A stretch of DNA of 33,242 nucleotides from an uncultured Bacteriovoracaceae bacterium (lineage in GTDB: Bacteria > Bdellovibrionota > Bacteriovoracia > Bacteriovoracales > Bacteriovoracaceae): positions 1-33,242 of the forward strand of contig CAXGUD010000039.1 in NCBI GenBank assembly GCA_964012805.1. The letters run 5' to 3'. A program made the translations under genes and the position numbers. Below are positions 8,727 to 17,546 of this stretch, piece after piece (within the stretch, counting starts at the first letter, position 1; each line of letters opens with the position of its first letter). Below the pieces are notes generated by a model. That model saw only the letters and a program-made list of their open reading frames with translations, ran no database searches and was not told where the DNA came from.

Positions 8727-9218
8727 ATTAACGGACTATTTCTTTGAGGTCTTCTCTTTTATTGATTGGCACCCAGCGTTTTTTGGGCGGTGATCTTATT
8801 TGTCATTTAGTTTTGGAGCTTGGCAAAGCAAGTCATGGCCATAACGGGCAAAACGCCTTTATTTGGCGGTGGAGAGAAAATCGCTTGAGCTTTTTTTGGG
8901 ACCTAGTTTAAAAAATTTTGGTTGAAAGCTTCTAAGAGGAATTTACTTAAATTTTATAGGTAAGTTTAGGGGAGCTTATGATCCTTCTTAAGAGTTGCTT
9001 TTGAAGGTGTTTAATTTAAAGTTTTATTTTACCAGGAGGTACAAGAATCTTTAAGGAAGCCTGGCCTAAGCTTGCAGAATATTTTGGAATAAAATCCCGC
9101 TTAAAAGAGAGAAAGATGAATCCTTTTTAGCTTGATTGACTTTATGCATTAAAAAGCATTGTTGGACGATTTCTTGAAAACAATGTAGTTTCGAGAAAGC
9201 TTTTTACGGAGGAGAGAA

Positions 9219-10946
9219 ATGCGCTTATCGACAGGCTTTTGGCAAACATTTAAAGAAGTTCCAGCTGATGCAGAAATTGCCTCACACAGGTTGATGCTTC
9301 GAGCAGGTCTTATTCATAAATCAGGGCCAGGCCTTTTTAACTACCTACCTTTTGGCTTGAAGGCCATTTCAAAAATCGAGAAAATTATTCGAGAAGAAAT
9401 GGAAAAAGCCGGGTCTTTTGAAATCCTTATGTCGGTGGTCACGCCTGGAGAGTTATGGAAGGAATCAGGTCGCTGGGATCTGATGGGTGACCTGATGCTT
9501 AAGATAAAAGATAAAGGTGAGCGTGATCTTTGTATCAGTCCTACGAATGAAGAGGCGGTTGTTGATATTTTTAGAAAGTCTGTAAAGTCTTACAAATCTC
9601 TTCCGCTTAACCTTTTCCAGATAAATACTAAGTTTAGAGATGAAATCAGACCACGGTTTGGTCTTATGAGAGGCCGTGAGTTTACAATGAAAGATGCCTA
9701 TAGCTTTCATATTGATAAGTCTTGCCTCGATAAAGGTTATCAAATTATGTATGAAGCCTATGAAAATATTTTCAATAGGTTGGGTCTCGAGTTTTCTGTT
9801 GTTGAAGCTGATGGGGGTGCCATGGCTTCAGGGGAAGCTAAGACCCATGAGTTTCAGGTTTTGGCAAAATCAGGTGAAGATGAAATCATTTATTGTAAAG
9901 AGACTGGTTATAGCGCAAATATTGAAAAGGCCCAGACTAAAAGGGTTAACCTGAATCTTAATTTTGATCTGGCCCCTCTAAGTAAGGTTGAAACAAAGGG
10001 CAAACAGAGTATTCAGGATGTTTGCCAATTCCTGGGGCTTCCCGAAGAGCAGTCTTTAAAAGCTTTAGTTTATAAGTTGATAAAAGGTGATGAAGAGTCA
10101 TTTATCATGGTCATCGTTCATGGAGATGACCAACTTAATGATGTTAAGCTGTTAAACTACACATCCGCAGACCATATTACTCCTGCTACGGACAAGGAGT
10201 TATTAGATCTTAACCTCGTTAAAGGTTATATGTCTCCTTTAGCAGAAGGAAACTTTACTAAAGTCATAGACGAATCTATTAATTCTGATGCATTTTTTGT
10301 TATAGGCTCTGACGTAGAAGACTTTCATCAATTGAACTTTAACATAAAACGAGACCTTCCCGATTCAACTTATTCCTTTGCTGATTTAAGAACCGCCAAA
10401 GAAGGTGATCAAACTCTCGATGGATTAGGTACTGTGAAAATTAAAAGAGGAATTGAAGTTGGTCATATCTTTCAATTAGGAGACAAGTATACAAAGGGCT
10501 TGGATGTTCAAATTCTGGATAATCAAGGAAAGACTGTTTATCCGCTAATGGGTTGTTATGGCATTGGTGTTACTAGAATTGTGGCCGCCGCTATTGAGCA
10601 AAATCATGATGAGAGAGGGATTGTTTGGCCAAAAAGTATATCCCCTTATGATATTCACCTTGTTCGCTTGGCGAAAAAGAAAGAAACTGAAGCCATCGTT
10701 GACGATATTTACCAAGAGCTTAGGGATGAAGGTTTTAGTGTCGTCTATGATGACAGAAAAGCCGGAGCAGGTTTTAAGTTTAAAGATGCAGACCTTTTGG
10801 GGCTCCCAATTCGCGTGGTTTTTGGAGAGAGGGACTATTTACAAGAGGGTGCCATTGAAATTATTGTAAGAAAAACAAATGAAAAAATAAAAATACCTAA
10901 ATCTTCTCTTATAGCGAAGATTAAAGAGTTATGGTCCTCTTTGTAA
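9219..10946 (+). CDS. proS: Proline--tRNA ligase, bacterial type with editing insertion
   Basis: PADAEIASHRLMLRAG, PTNEE, KFRDEIRPRFGLMRGREFTMKDAYSF, GIEVGHIFQLGDKY, MGCYGIGVTR and an anticodon-binding domain. GGAGG RBS. Confidence 0.99.
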   Translation: MRLSTGFWQTFKEVPADAEIASHRLMLRAGLIHKSGPGLFNYLPFGLKAISKIEKIIREEMEKAGSFEILMSVVTPGELWKESGRWDLMGDLMLKIKDKGERDLCISPTNEEAVVDIFRKSVKSYKSLPLNLFQINTKFRDEIRPRFGLMRGREFTMKDAYSFHIDKSCLDKGYQIMYEAYENIFNRLGLEFSVVEADGGAMASGEAKTHEFQVLAKSGEDEIIYCKETGYSANIEKAQTKRVNLNLNFDLAPLSKVETKGKQSIQDVCQFLGLPEEQSLKALVYKLIKGDEESFIMVIVHGDDQLNDVKLLNYTSADHITPATDKELLDLNLVKGYMSPLAEGNFTKVIDESINSDAFFVIGSDVEDFHQLNFNIKRDLPDSTYSFADLRTAKEGDQTLDGLGTVKIKRGIEVGHIFQLGDKYTKGLDVQILDNQGKTVYPLMGCYGIGVTRIVAAAIEQNHDERGIVWPKSISPYDIHLVRLAKKKETEAIVDDIYQELRDEGFSVVYDDRKAGAGFKFKDADLLGLPIRVVFGERDYLQEGAIEIIVRKTNEKIKIPKSSLIAKIKELWSSL

Positions 10947-10964
10947 AAAGTTTCATTGAAAAGT

Positions 10965-11348
10965 TTATTTTTTTATGAGGCGGTTGACAAAAGTTATGAG
11001 GACTTCAGGTCTTACGGGCTTGGTGATCCATGCTTTTATAACACCTACCTTTTTAGCTTCTATCGCTACCTTTGGGTCTGGTTCGGTGGTACACATTATA
11101 GTAGGTATTTGGCTGTAAATTTCATTTTCTTTTTGGCGTTTTATGAAGGTCATGCCATCCATATCAGGCATATTGATATCGGTTATGATCACATCATAGC
11201 TATGGGACTCTGCCAGTTTATCTAGGGCATCTTGTCCGCTTACAGCATCTACTATCTCATGTCCGAGAGGTTCAAGAATGTTTCTCAAACTTACCCTCAC
11301 CGAAAGAGAATCTTCAACTATGAGTATCCTGGCCACAAAATCTCCCAT
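10965..11348 (-). CDS. Stand-alone CheY-like response regulator
   Basis: ILIVEDS, phosphoacceptor in ITDINMPDMDG, conserved Thr (MCTT) and KP. No output domain. Confidence 0.93.
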   Translation of the reverse strand: MGDFVARILIVEDSLSVRVSLRNILEPLGHEIVDAVSGQDALDKLAESHSYDVIITDINMPDMDGMTFIKRQKENEIYSQIPTIMCTTEPDPKVAIEAKKVGVIKAWITKPVRPEVLITFVNRLIKK

Positions 11349-11434
11349 TTTGTTTGGAGCCGGAAAAAATTTGTTAAGTAAAAACTAGGGGGTTATTTGT
11401 AAAAATGGCTTCCTCTTTTTACTCAACTATTTTC

Positions 11435-11461
11435 ATGTCGGTAAACTCTTATGGAAAGTTA
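11435..11461 (-). promoter_or_regulatory. Putative sigma28-type promoter for the CheY-like gene
   Basis: TAAC-N15-ACCGACAT about 87 nt upstream of the start codon. CheY-like genes are typical FliA targets. Confidence 0.5.
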
Positions 11462-11879
11462 AAAGAATCTTGAAATAAAAAGTCGGTTTATTAGAATAAT
11501 AGAGCTTTAAAGGCTTAAATTTACTTTACCCATATAAATTGGGTTTTCCATATTATAAATAGATTTATTTTTATTGGGTTTATTTAAGACCTTATCAAAT
11601 TAAAAGCCTTTATTTTACAATAAATTTTGCTGCGCACATTACTGGGTGGCCTTTAAGTTTTTTACCAGCTCATTTATGAATTGAATAACGTATGGGAGGG
11701 GCTTTTCTCCTTAAGGGGTGTAAAATTCTGTTGAAATATGGGAAGGAAAAAGCTAAATTTTCTGACTTTAAGGGTGCGTGAATTCTTATAAAATTAACAA
11801 CTTAGTGTTAGTTAATCTAAGCTTGCTCATCCAATAAGTGTATTTCTCACTTTAAAACTAAGGAACAGGACTTTTATAC

Positions 11880-13190
11880 ATGGCGCTATCTAAGAAACCT
11901 TATAAGGGTTGTCGTGACCTTTTTCCAGAAAATAAAAGAACACAAAATTACTTATTTGAAATGATGAAGAAGACCGCAAGTCTTCATGGCTATGAACCTT
12001 ATGATGGCCCAATGTTGGAAGAAGTTTCTCTCTACAGAGCAAAGTCAGGTCAGGAGTTGATTAATGAACAAATTTATAGTTTCCACGACCGGGGAGACAG
12101 AGAAGTGGCCATAAGGCCCGAGATGACTCCTACAGTTGCCCGAATGGTTGCTCAGGTTTATCGTGAAATACCTAAACCAATAAGATGGTATTCTATTCCC
12201 AATCTCATGAGATACGAACGGCCACAAAAAGGAAGGCTTCGTGAGCATTGGCAGTTTAATGTCGATATTTTTGGTGACAACTCAATATATATGGAATTAG
12301 AGGTTTTACAAGTTGCTGTTGATCTTTTTGAGCAATTTGGGGCCAACCAAAACCATTTTGAAATTAAGATAAATAACAGAAAGCTTATTGATCACTTCTT
12401 CTCAAGCTCGTTGTCTTTAAATGAGGACCAATCACTTAAGCTTTATAAATTACTAGATCGAGTAAAGAAGATTAAGCCTGAAGCTTTTAAAGAAGAGTTG
12501 GCAGCTTTTAATCTTTCAGGAAAAACTAGTGAACTTTTTTCTGACTACTTAAAAATAGGTTCTCATAAAGAGCTTGAGGACTTTTTAGAAAAAATTGAAT
12601 TTCCAATAGAAAAATGGGATTACCGTTCCTTCTTTAAAGTTGTTAATGAGTTAGGACTCTCTGATTATATTCTTTATGACCCAACAATCGTTAGGGGGCT
12701 GGACTACTATACGGGTCTGGTTTTTGAAATATTTGACAAGCACCCAGATAACCGAAGGGCCCTTTGTGGTGGTGGAGCTTATGAGGGTCTCATGAGTATT
12801 TTTGGTGAAGACCAATTGCCTGGGGTTGGTTTTGGTCTGGGAGACGTAACTTTAAAAGACTTTTTGGAAGTGCACAAGCTCCTCCCATCTTTCACTCAGC
12901 AAGCACCAAGTGTCTTTATAGCAAGTGAGTCTGAAGGTCTTGCTTCCTCTGTTATGAAAGCTGCCCGCTTTTTAAGAAAGGAAAACTTAAACACAATTCA
13001 TGAGGTGTCAAAATTAAAGTATAAAAAGATTTTTCAAAATGCTAACAAAATGGGCGCCAAAAACGTTATTATTTTACAGTTGAATGATTCCGAAAAAATC
13101 CAATTGAAAGTGAAAAATATGGCATCTGGAGAGCAAAAAGTTTTTACTATGGAAGGACTTGAAGAGTGCTCTAACTTTTGTCAGCAGTGA
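11880..13190 (+). CDS. hisS: Histidine--tRNA ligase
   Basis: KGCRD, RPEMTPTVAR, RYERPQKGRLREHWQFNVD, RGLDYYTG, GGGAY and GVGFGLG. Confidence 0.99.
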   Translation: MALSKKPYKGCRDLFPENKRTQNYLFEMMKKTASLHGYEPYDGPMLEEVSLYRAKSGQELINEQIYSFHDRGDREVAIRPEMTPTVARMVAQVYREIPKPIRWYSIPNLMRYERPQKGRLREHWQFNVDIFGDNSIYMELEVLQVAVDLFEQFGANQNHFEIKINNRKLIDHFFSSSLSLNEDQSLKLYKLLDRVKKIKPEAFKEELAAFNLSGKTSELFSDYLKIGSHKELEDFLEKIEFPIEKWDYRSFFKVVNELGLSDYILYDPTIVRGLDYYTGLVFEIFDKHPDNRRALCGGGAYEGLMSIFGEDQLPGVGFGLGDVTLKDFLEVHKLLPSFTQQAPSVFIASESEGLASSVMKAARFLRKENLNTIHEVSKLKYKKIFQNANKMGAKNVIILQLNDSEKIQLKVKNMASGEQKVFTMEGLEECSNFCQQ

Positions 13191-13194
13191 TTTT

Positions 13195-14049
13195 TTATTT
13201 TAAAGGGTTTTTTAACTTCCGGTTGGCGCTTATCCAACCCTTTCTTGATAAGCCTAAGATCCAATTAGGGAAGAATCGATAAAGCCACAAATAAACTTTC
13301 ATATAAAGCGGTTCAATAATGATGACCTTATTTTTTTTTATTTGAGGTAAAACTCTTTTTATAAGTTCTTTTGGAGTTAATTTTCCAGGTAAGTTAAAAA
13401 TTTTGGCACCCTTTTTTATTTTATCTCGATCAACTTTTCCGTAGACACCGCCCTCTAAAATCGGTGTTTCCACAAACCCTGGGCATAAAGCACTTACTCG
13501 TACGCCATGAATGGAAGCTTGGCCATGCAATGATACCGTGAGACCAACGACTGCGTGTTTTGTCATTGCATAACTTACAGTTAAGCTCGAGGGGACAAGG
13601 CCTGCCATTGAAGCTGTATTAATAATATGACCAAAGCCCTGTTTAACCATAAGGGGGTAAGTGGCGTGAATACCATTTGAAACGCCCCTTATATTGACAT
13701 CAATTATATAATCCCAATCTTCGGGTTTATCATCTTTAACGTCCCATCCTGCACCAACTCCAGCATTGTTAAAGAGATAGTCTATCCGACCTTCTTCTTC
13801 ATGAATCTCTTTTATAATTGTAATAAAAGCTTCCCTGTCTCGAACATCTAGCTCAATCGATTTAACTTTAAGGCTTTTGCCTCTTAATTTTTTTGCTTCT
13901 TCCTCTACAACTTCTTTTTGACGGTCGATTAAGTAAACGTGGCATCCGAGTTCGGCAACAGCTTGACCAAGGGAGAGACCTATGCCTGAAGCCCCTCCAG
14001 TTATAATCACGACGCTTCCATTACCCATACATATGCTTGAGGAAACCAT
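13195..14049 (-). CDS. Classical short-chain dehydrogenase/reductase
   Basis: TGGASGIG, NNAG, NTAS, YAMTK (YxxxK) and CPGFVET. Confidence 0.95.
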   Translation of the reverse strand: MVSSSICMGNGSVVIITGGASGIGLSLGQAVAELGCHVYLIDRQKEVVEEEAKKLRGKSLKVKSIELDVRDREAFITIIKEIHEEEGRIDYLFNNAGVGAGWDVKDDKPEDWDYIIDVNIRGVSNGIHATYPLMVKQGFGHIINTASMAGLVPSSLTVSYAMTKHAVVGLTVSLHGQASIHGVRVSALCPGFVETPILEGGVYGKVDRDKIKKGAKIFNLPGKLTPKELIKRVLPQIKKNKVIIIEPLYMKVYLWLYRFFPNWILGLSRKGWISANRKLKNPLK

Positions 14050-14118
14050 GTTTTTTTCCTTAAGAAAAATGATTTTTATTTTATTTATTGAAATCTTAGT
14101 TTATAAATTTATCAAGAA

Positions 14119-14754
14119 TTAATAAATAAAAGGAATTAATTTTTTAGTTTTTAACTTATACCTTTCAAAATCTTCACCAAACTCCTGGGACAAAATTTTT
14201 TCTTCAAGGGGAATCCGCTTTAAATAAATAATAAAACAAATAATTAGCGACAGTGATATTCCAAATAACGTTCCAAAGAAAGTATAAATGCCTAAAGAGA
14301 TTAAAAGGTAACCTAAGTAACCGGGGTGCCTTACAATTTTATAAGGGCCTTTAGTGATCAATTGATGATTTTTTCTCAGACCAACTTCAAAGGTGAAAAG
14401 CCTGCCTAGAGCTTTGACAGCATAAAGCCTAAGGAAAATGCCAAAAATAAATAATAAAATACCTACTAAATTAGATTGAATACTGCGAGTAAAACTAAGA
14501 AAATTTACAATAGATGAAAAAAGGGAGGGGTCGGGGAAAAGATTCAGAGAGATTAGTATAATTCGGTACGCAAAACTTAGGTTAAGTAAGAGAATAAAAA
14601 AAGATGATAAATGAAGAAAAAGTCTATTAAAAAGTGGGTCGTAAGATTTATCTCCTTCCATTTTATGAAGTTTGAATTTTTCACTAACAAGAACATAATG
14701 GTTGAGAGTGATAAATATTAGAGAAAGAGCTCCAATTATATAGGGAGAGTTCAA
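14119..14754 (-). CDS. Isoprenylcysteine carboxyl methyltransferase (ICMT/Ste14/PEMT) family membrane protein
   Basis: LG..FT..V.....HQLITKGPY..VRHPGYLG and RI..EE..L...FG..F..Y...T..LIPFIY motifs. Multiple TM segments. Confidence 0.9.
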   Translation of the reverse strand: MNSPYIIGALSLIFITLNHYVLVSEKFKLHKMEGDKSYDPLFNRLFLHLSSFFILLLNLSFAYRIILISLNLFPDPSLFSSIVNFLSFTRSIQSNLVGILLFIFGIFLRLYAVKALGRLFTFEVGLRKNHQLITKGPYKIVRHPGYLGYLLISLGIYTFFGTLFGISLSLIICFIIYLKRIPLEEKILSQEFGEDFERYKLKTKKLIPFIY

Positions 14755-14785
14755 ACTTTTTTCCTCTTTTGGTTAAAAGCTATTT

Positions 14786-15160
14786 CTACATTAAAAAAAC
14801 GACAACCTTCATGTTGTAGAGGTTTGTAATGGCTTCGCTAAGCGATGTTGTGTAAACGTTAAAGCTTTCCTTTTGAGTGACATTTTTAAGACAATTTTTG
14901 ATAAATTCGTAGTTCTGAGTTTTTACCCGACAGGAAAAGTAAGATAAGAAGTTTTGAGGAACTTTTTGATTTTTTAATTCTGTTTTAACCGTTTTTAGGG
15001 CCTTCGGATCGAATTTAATCCTCATCTGCTTAAAGACTTCTTTTGCGATGACCTCTGATACAATGTCTAGCGTTTTGTCTTTCTTTGAAAAGGACTGGCT
15101 TGAGCTAAGTAATAGGCCGATTAAAATAAAAAATTTAAAAATAGGGAGTTTTCCAAGCAT
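14786..15160 (-). CDS. Hypothetical exported protein
   Basis: 124-aa ORF with a GAGGA RBS, a signal-peptide-like N-terminus and two Cys. No family recognised. Confidence 0.65.
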   Translation of the reverse strand: MLGKLPIFKFFILIGLLLSSSQSFSKKDKTLDIVSEVIAKEVFKQMRIKFDPKALKTVKTELKNQKVPQNFLSYFSCRVKTQNYEFIKNCLKNVTQKESFNVYTTSLSEAITNLYNMKVVVFLM

Positions 15161-15242
15161 AGCTCTTCCTCTTTTTTAATTGGTAGTAGTTAACCTAATT
15201 ATAAAGAAAAGATAGGAGGACATCAAAAAATAAGATTGGGTC

Positions 15243-17351
15243 CTATTTAAAAATTGAGTTCTTTTCTATACTTATAAGAAAGCTAAAACCAGAAGCGAGC
15301 TGTTTTAAGGACTCTGTTCTTCCAGATGCTCCTCCATGACCTGAATTCATATCAGTATGAAGAAGAAGTAAGTTGTTATCTAGTTTTGTTTCTCTCAATT
15401 TTGCAACCCATTTTGCCGGCTCCCAATACTGTACCTGAGAGTCATGAAAACCTGCTGTTACATAGATATGTGGGTAGTTTTGTGGTTTAATATTATCATA
15501 GGGTGAGTATGTTTTAATATAATCATAGAAGCTTTTTTCTTCGGGGTTACCCCATTCATCATATTCACCTATTGTTAGTGGGATGGAAGGGTCAAGCATT
15601 GTAGTCAAAGTATCGACAAAAGGGACTTGAGCATAAACACCCTTATAGAGGTCTGGTCTCATATTGATGACTGTACCAACAAGGAGTCCTCCAGCGCTTT
15701 CTCCCCAGGCATAAACTTTTTTGGGAGAAGTATAGTCATTTGAAATTAAATAATTTGTAACGTCTATAAAGTCGTAGAAAGAATTTTTCTTGTTGAGCAT
15801 TTTTCCATCATCATACCAATCTTGTCCCATTTCGGAGCCACCCCTTACATTGGCGACAACATAGATAAACCCCCGATCAAGTAGGCTTATTACTTCTTGC
15901 TCGAAATAGGGGTTTATATTGTCTCCATAGGCACCATAAGCATAGATAAGAGTAGGGTTGCTACCGTCTTTTTTGAGGCCTTTTTTATGGACAATGGAGA
16001 GAGGAATTCTTTTTCCATCTCTAGAAGGAGCGAACATTCTTAATGAGGTATAATTTCCAGAGTCGTAATTGCCGCCAACGATTTTTTGTTTCAAAAGAAC
16101 TTGTTGATCATTCTCCATATCATGTTCATAAATAGTTTCTGGTAAGGATAGTGATTCTATACTGAATCTAAATTTATGACTATCGAATTCATAATTTTCC
16201 AAAATGTAGGGAGTGGCAGGAACAACAGTGAATGGAATAATTTTTTGGATACCCGTTGTCCTATTAAGTACGTTATAAGATATAAGAGACTCTTTACGTT
16301 CTTTCATAACAATAAAGTTTTTAAACTGTTCGATTGTTTCAAGGAGAGTATCTTTTCTGTGTGGGACCAATGATACCCAATGCTCAAGACTAGTTTGATT
16401 TAGGTCTGTTTTTGAGAGACGGTAATTAGGAGCATCCAAGTTTGTTTTTATTAAAAATGCATCACCACCATCAAAAACCTTATAAAAATGTCCCTCTTTT
16501 CTTTTGGAAAAAACAAGAGGTGGATTTTTAGGAGCATCTGCATCTAGGTAAAGAGTTTCACTTGTTAAAGTCGCTTCAGATTCAAAAAATAAAAAAGAAT
16601 TAGTTTTCGATTTTCTAACATTTACCCAAAACTTTTCATCCAATTCATGCAAGATTAATGTATGCTTTTTGGAGTTTAATGAATAACGGAAAATCTTTTC
16701 CCACCTTAGTGTCTCGGGGTCTTGTTTGGAATAGAAAATCGTTTCATTGTCATTGGCCCATTCAAAGTTTTCAGCAATATTTTTAACATCTGTTTCTTTT
16801 ATGATCCCTGTCTGTAGATCTTTTATAAAAAGAGTAAAAAAGTTTCTACCAGTTGTATCAACTAAGAATCCAACTCTCTTTTCATCAGGGCTTATTCTTA
16901 TGGATGTTAAATTAAAAAAAACTTTGTCTTTTGAAAGAAGGTTTGGGTTTATAATTTCTTCAGTTTTATTTTTTTCAATATGGGTTCTATAGTAAATTGG
17001 ATATTCCAACTCTTTTTTATACTTAGAAAAGTATTTAAAGTTACCCATCTTGTACGGATAGCTATCTTCCTGCTTTCCCAGTCTTGAAATCATTTCATTA
17101 AATATTTCATTTGTTAAATTTTTAAAGGGCTCCATATTATGTTGTGTATAGGTATTTTCATCATTTAAGTATTTGATGACCTCAGGATTTTCTTTTTCTC
17201 TTAGCCAATAAAAAGAATCGACTCTTTTATCTCCATGATGCAAAATGACTTTATCTTTTTTGGTGGCCTTAGGGGGAGTTGTTGTTTCTAATATTTTAGA
17301 CTTAAGGAGAAGTGGGAAACTTAAAAAGCAAAATATCCATAAAAACTTCAT
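15243..17351 (-). CDS. ptrB: Oligopeptidase B (protease II, S9A) with a predicted signal peptide
   Basis: HGDKRVDSFYWLRE, VRGGSEMG..WY..GK, catalytic GESAGG, HDSQVQYWEPAKWVAKLR and GHGGASGR. Confidence 0.95.
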   Translation of the reverse strand: MKFLWIFCFLSFPLLLKSKILETTTPPKATKKDKVILHHGDKRVDSFYWLREKENPEVIKYLNDENTYTQHNMEPFKNLTNEIFNEMISRLGKQEDSYPYKMGNFKYFSKYKKELEYPIYYRTHIEKNKTEEIINPNLLSKDKVFFNLTSIRISPDEKRVGFLVDTTGRNFFTLFIKDLQTGIIKETDVKNIAENFEWANDNETIFYSKQDPETLRWEKIFRYSLNSKKHTLILHELDEKFWVNVRKSKTNSFLFFESEATLTSETLYLDADAPKNPPLVFSKRKEGHFYKVFDGGDAFLIKTNLDAPNYRLSKTDLNQTSLEHWVSLVPHRKDTLLETIEQFKNFIVMKERKESLISYNVLNRTTGIQKIIPFTVVPATPYILENYEFDSHKFRFSIESLSLPETIYEHDMENDQQVLLKQKIVGGNYDSGNYTSLRMFAPSRDGKRIPLSIVHKKGLKKDGSNPTLIYAYGAYGDNINPYFEQEVISLLDRGFIYVVANVRGGSEMGQDWYDDGKMLNKKNSFYDFIDVTNYLISNDYTSPKKVYAWGESAGGLLVGTVINMRPDLYKGVYAQVPFVDTLTTMLDPSIPLTIGEYDEWGNPEEKSFYDYIKTYSPYDNIKPQNYPHIYVTAGFHDSQVQYWEPAKWVAKLRETKLDNNLLLLHTDMNSGHGGASGRTESLKQLASGFSFLISIEKNSIFK

Positions 17352-17546
17352 TTAAATTCCTTTCTTGACGACCTTTCATAATAAACTTTAAGAAATTTAA
17401 ATTGTCTACGGAATTATCAACAGAATGTGCATTAAGTCAGGGCTTAGGTTTCTATAAAAACACTCATTTATTATTAAAGACGAAAAAAAATGGAGCGTGG
17501 AAGAGACCTTGAAATAAAGAGATTCTGAAATTTAATTATACCAATA

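Noticed and set aside
8820..8870. c-di-GMP-I (GEMM) riboswitch suggested by GGCAAAGC...GGGCAAAAC
   Set aside because: There is no GAAA-tetraloop P2 stem between the two motifs and no recognisable tetraloop receptor in P3. An Rfam scan would be decisive.
9061..9076. Sigma54 promoter upstream of proS (TGGCCTAAGCTTGCA)
   Set aside because: The GG-to-GC spacing is 9 nt, whereas sigma54 requires 10.
11636..11670. T-box leader upstream of hisS (GGGTGG)
   Set aside because: It lacks the TGGNACC antiterminator bulge, an adjacent terminator and a specifier stem. No His-rich leader peptide was seen either.
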